From positions 62,001-126,000 of the forward strand of contig NW_026867601.1 of the NCBI RefSeq assembly GCF_020745735.1: DNA of 64,000 bases, written 5' to 3'. Below, in pieces: positions 59,605 to 64,000 of this stretch. Origin of the DNA: Hemiscyllium ocellatum. Taxonomy: Eukaryota. How positions within the stretch are numbered: position 1 is the stretch's first letter; each line of letters opens with the position of its first letter. A program made the position numbers and the translations under genes. The notes below the pieces were generated by a model, which was given only the letters and a program-made list of their open reading frames with translations, made no database searches and had not been told where the DNA came from.

Positions 59605-62600
59605 TTTCCAACATTAGGATCAGAGTGGTAATATCACTGGAACAGTATTCCAAACTCCAGTTGGAGGTTGAGTGGACAGGAGGTGGAATACACCATTTAC
59701 CGAGGGGAAATTTGAATGTAAAGTAATCAGGAAAAAAATGGTGACAATGTAACAATAATCAATGGAACAATACCAAAACAGCTGGTTTACTAATTACCAT
59801 TAGAAAATCCGTCTACTGCATTTACCTCATCAGCCAACATCATGGATGGCTATGCTGTCTCACAGCGCCAGGGTCCTGGGTTCGATTTCCCCCCTGTCTG
59901 CTTGGGGTTTGCACATTCTCACTGTGTCTGCTTGGGTTTCCTCCCACAATCCAAAGCTGTGCAGGCCAGATGAATTGGCCACGCTAAATTCCCCACAGTG
60001 TTCTGTGCCCTAGTCAGCAGTAAGAAAGGGTAGAGTGATGGGTTTCTCTTCGGAGGGGCGGTCTGGACTTGTTGGGCCAAAGGGCCTGCTTCCACATTGT
60101 AGAGAATCTAATCATCAGAATCCACACCCACTGTCAGGTAACTGATGATTTCTGAAGTGACATGAGCAAGTGTCACAGTGGGTAATTAGGGAGAGGGTCC
60201 CATTGATGACTGAACCTGCAACATCTACATTTCATGATAGATTAAAAGAAAATATAAGCGCGACTAAACCTCACAACAACAATATCGACTAAATGAAATT
60301 GTTGTGGCAGTTCTTGATCTCACTTCAACTATTTTATGTGGATATTCTAAAATGCACGTTGAGCTATGTTGCATTGTTGGAAATTTTACCGTCTAAAGGG
60401 ACGACAATATAAATCAATGTTCAAAGTGGATCCAATTGGACAGAAATGTTTCATTGCATGAACTTCCAGAATTCAAATATTCGGCTAAATTAAAATGTTG
60501 AATTATGTTTATCTTCCAGATATAAATAATATCTGTTGCAATTCATAGTCTTGAAATTTGCATTCACTTCTGCAAACTGTCAACGTTCTTCAAATAAACT
60601 TGGTTTGATTTGAAACTTATCATTTGAAACTTCGTTCATCTGGCTTTACTGTCATCAACTCTGCTTTGAAACCAGTGAAGTGTTTATGTAAATAAACACA
60701 GAAATAGGACTCTCAGAATAGATGACAGAACAACAAAACCCCTGGTTATATTTCCCCACAAGCACAGTACACAAATAATGGCAAATATGCAAATAAAACA
60801 ACGGATTTTTAAATCTTATTATTCATTTGTGGGACCTGGGCATCTCTTGGCTGGCTCACATTGATCCCTATTTGCCCTCGAGAAGGTGATGGTCAGCTGC
60901 CTTCTTGAATCGCTGTTGTGGATTGAGCCATTATGCCAGTGAGGAGGGAATTTCCATACTAATTGTAGTTCATCCCTTAAAATATAAAAGTTGTCTGATT
61001 CTAAAATCACAGTGATATCAATTTCCATGCTTAGTCCAAAAAAACTTCAATTTTGAGATTGATTGGCACAGCTAACGTTTCTTTCTCTGTCTCTCTTTCG
61101 CTTTTCCACTCCTGCCTTCCCCCATTTTTTATATCTGATGCCGTGTTTTGCATTTCCACAATCAGACAATGTTTTCATAAATAACATAAAGTCAACGCCT
61201 CACCAACATATTGGCTCATAGTGTCATAGCGAAGTCCAGCGTGGAAACAGACCCTTTGGTCAGACATGTCCATGCAGAACAAATATCCCAACCCAATCTT
61301 ATCCCACCTGCCAGCACCCGGCCCATATCCCTCTAAACCCTTCCTATTCATAAATCTCATTAGATGTCTTTTAAATGTTGCAATTGTACCAGCTTCCACA
61401 CTTCCTGTGGCAACTCATTCCATACACGTACCACACATTAAGTGAAAAAATTGCCCCTTAGATTCCTTTTGCATCTTTCCCCTCTCACCCTAAACCTACG
61501 CCATCTAGTTCTGGACTCACCCATCCAGGGAAAAGACTTTTCCTATTTATCCTATCCATGCCCCGCATGATTTTATAAACTTCGATGAGGTCACCCCTCA
61601 GCCTCTGAAGCTCCAGGGAGAACAACCATAACCTATTCAATCTCTCCCTATAGCTCAAATCCTCCAAACCTGGCAACATCCTTATAAATCCTTTTTGAAC
61701 CTTTTTTTAAGTTTCACAATATCCTTCCAAAAGGAAGGAGACCAGAATTGCATTAAATATTCCAACAGTGACCCTAATCAATGTCCTGTACAGCTGCAAC
61801 TTGACCTTCCAACTCCTCTACTCAATACCCTAACCAATAAAGGAAAGTATACCAATCGCCTTCTTCACAATCCTGTCGACTTGCGACTCTACTTTCAAGG
61901 CGCTATGAAACTACACTCAAAGGTCTCTTTGCTCAGCAGCGCTATCTAAGACCTTACCATTAAGTGTATAAGATCTGCTAAGATTTGCTTTCCCACAATG
62001 CAGCACCTCACATATATCTGAATTAAAATCCAACTGTCACTCCTCAGCCCACTGTCCCATCTGATCAAGATCCCATGGAAACCTGAGATAAGCTTCTTCA
62101 TTGTCCATTACATATCCAATAATGGTGTCATTTGCAAACTTACTAACTATACCTCTTATGCTCGCATCCAAATCACTTATATCAATGATTAAAATTACTG
62201 GACCCAGCACCGATCCTTGTGGCACTCCACTGGTCACAGGCCTCCAGTCTGAAAAACATCCCTCCACCACCATCATCTGTCTTCTACCTTTGAGCCAGTT
62301 CTGTATCCACATGGTTAGTTCTGCCTCTATTCTGTGAGATCTCACCTTGCTAACCAATCTCCCTTGGGGAACCTTGTTGAACGACTTACTGAATTCCATA
62401 TAGATCACATCCACTGCTCTCGTCTCCAAAATCCTCTTGGTAACTTCTTCAAAAAACTCAATCAAGTTTGTGAGACATGATTTCCCACGCTTAAAGCCAT
62501 GTTGAAGATCCCGAGTCAGTCCTTACCTTTCCAAGTGCATGTACGTCCTGTAACTCATAATTCCCTCCAAAGTCCTTCCCACCACCAACGTCACGCTCAC

Positions 62601-64000
62601 TGTTCTATAGTTCCCTGACTTGTCCTTACCATTTCATAAACAGTGGATCCACGTCAGACAACCTCCAATCTTCCAGCACCTCACCTGTGACTATTAATTA
62701 CACAAATTCCTCAGCAAGAGGACCAGCAATCACTTCACTAGGGTCCCACAGAGTTCGAACCTACACATGATCAGGTCCTGGGGATTTATCCACATTTATG
62801 TGTTTCAAGCTCAATTATAAAGAACGAGAAGCAGGCATTTTGGCGAATGGAGTTTTTTCTTCTATTCAATGACGTTGTGATTGAACTGATAATCCTCACC
62901 TCTGCTATTCAGCCTTTTCCCAATCAGCACTGATTCTATTACCGATTCAAACTCTGCCAGTTACCCTTGAAAGTATGCGATGGCCCAACCTCGGTGCCCT
63001 GTGGTAAAGAATTCTACAGATTCACTTCATTTTGGGAGAAGAATTTCTCTTCTGCCTCAAACCTGTGACCTCTAAGCCAGAGATTACACTCCCTGGTTCT
63101 GGACTCTTCCAAAAGTGGAAACAACATTTCTGCTTTTAACGCGCCATGTTTCCTGAAATTTCAGAATGTCACCACTGAATAATCTATGTTGCAATTGGTA
63201 CAAGCTCAAACTACTCAATCTCTATTCTCAATACAGTCCCTCCATCCTCAAGATCAGTCTGCTGAACCTCATGTGGATTGTCTCGGATTCCAGAGTATCT
63301 TTCCTTTAATACGAGTCGCACAATAGTTGACAGTATTCAGCTGTGATATGACGAGAGCTTATTTTCAGTTTTAACAAAACTTACAGTCATACAGTTATAC
63401 TGCACAGAGGTAGATCCTTCGTTCCAACTCATCTGTGGTGAACTGAAATCCCAATTTGACCGAGTATCATATGGCAAACAGGTGACCCATATTTCTCTAA
63501 ATGTTTCCTTCTCCTACACACATTCAGCTGTCTTTTAAATTTTAAAGTTATGCTCGCCTCCACCACTTCATATAGCAGATTTTTCTGTGTATATACCACC
63601 ATCTATGTGAAAACGTTACCCTTCGGGACCTTTTCCAACGTTTCTCCTCTCGCCATAATCCTCTGTCTTATAGTTTTGGACTCCCCAACACTCTGAAAAA
63701 GACCTTGGCTATTCATCATAACAATGCCCCTCATGATTTTCGGATCTTGTTCAGGCCAACCTTCAGCCCCCTTTCCTCGTGCTGCAGGGAAAAGAAACGC
63801 CCCAGCCTATTCAGGGTCACCTTATAGATTAAATGCTGAGAGTTTGTTTCTGGAAATGCACTGCGAGTCAGGCAGCATCCGAGGAGCAGGAAATTCGATG
63901 TTTCGGGCAAAAGCCCATCATCAGGAATGGAGGCAGGGAGCCTCCAGGTGGCTAAATGGTGCTCAGTCCATGGAATGATCATCCATGGTCTTGTTGAACA

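Larger units (their letters stand above)
51552..64000 (+). repeat. segmental duplication, copy B (runs past the window end); includes satellite 51556-52720
   Basis: Collinear with 25572-34690 plus three extra segments (53532-55800, 58166-58469, ~58784-59724). Confidence 0.95.

Noticed and set aside
17000-64000. A second Ig V, D, J or C cluster in the duplicated region
   Set aside because: I saw no WGxG J motif, YYC V motif, Ig C domain or complete RSS; the duplication does not include the Ig segments.

Overview
This is cartilaginous-fish (shark) genomic DNA; an orectolobiform such as a bamboo, epaulette or nurse shark is likely, but that is inference. Bases 1-16.7 kb hold one apparently intact IgM heavy-chain minilocus on the minus strand: TATA box, leader, VH, D, JH, Cmu1-Cmu4 with secretory tail and polyA signal. 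The transmembrane exons are not in the window. VH is already fused to a D1-like sequence with no RSS between them, giving a germline VD1-D2-J layout. The ~9 kb J-C intron holds a 20-copy 32-bp repeat that is G-rich on the sense strand and dense in RGYW motifs, plus a candidate enhancer. The rest is repeat-dominated: CR1 LINEs, tRNA-derived SINEs, and Penelope-like elements (PLEs) carrying minimal hammerhead ribozyme motifs. It also has a C-rich satellite, a ~9-12 kb segmental duplication (25.6-34.7 kb vs 51.6-64 kb) and a three-unit ~3.8 kb tandem array. Each array unit carries a tRNA-Arg gene; the only copy with a perfect cloverleaf reads TCT rather than TCG and has no intron. All alignments, counts and identities were done by eye, and repeat boundaries are approximate (tens of bp).
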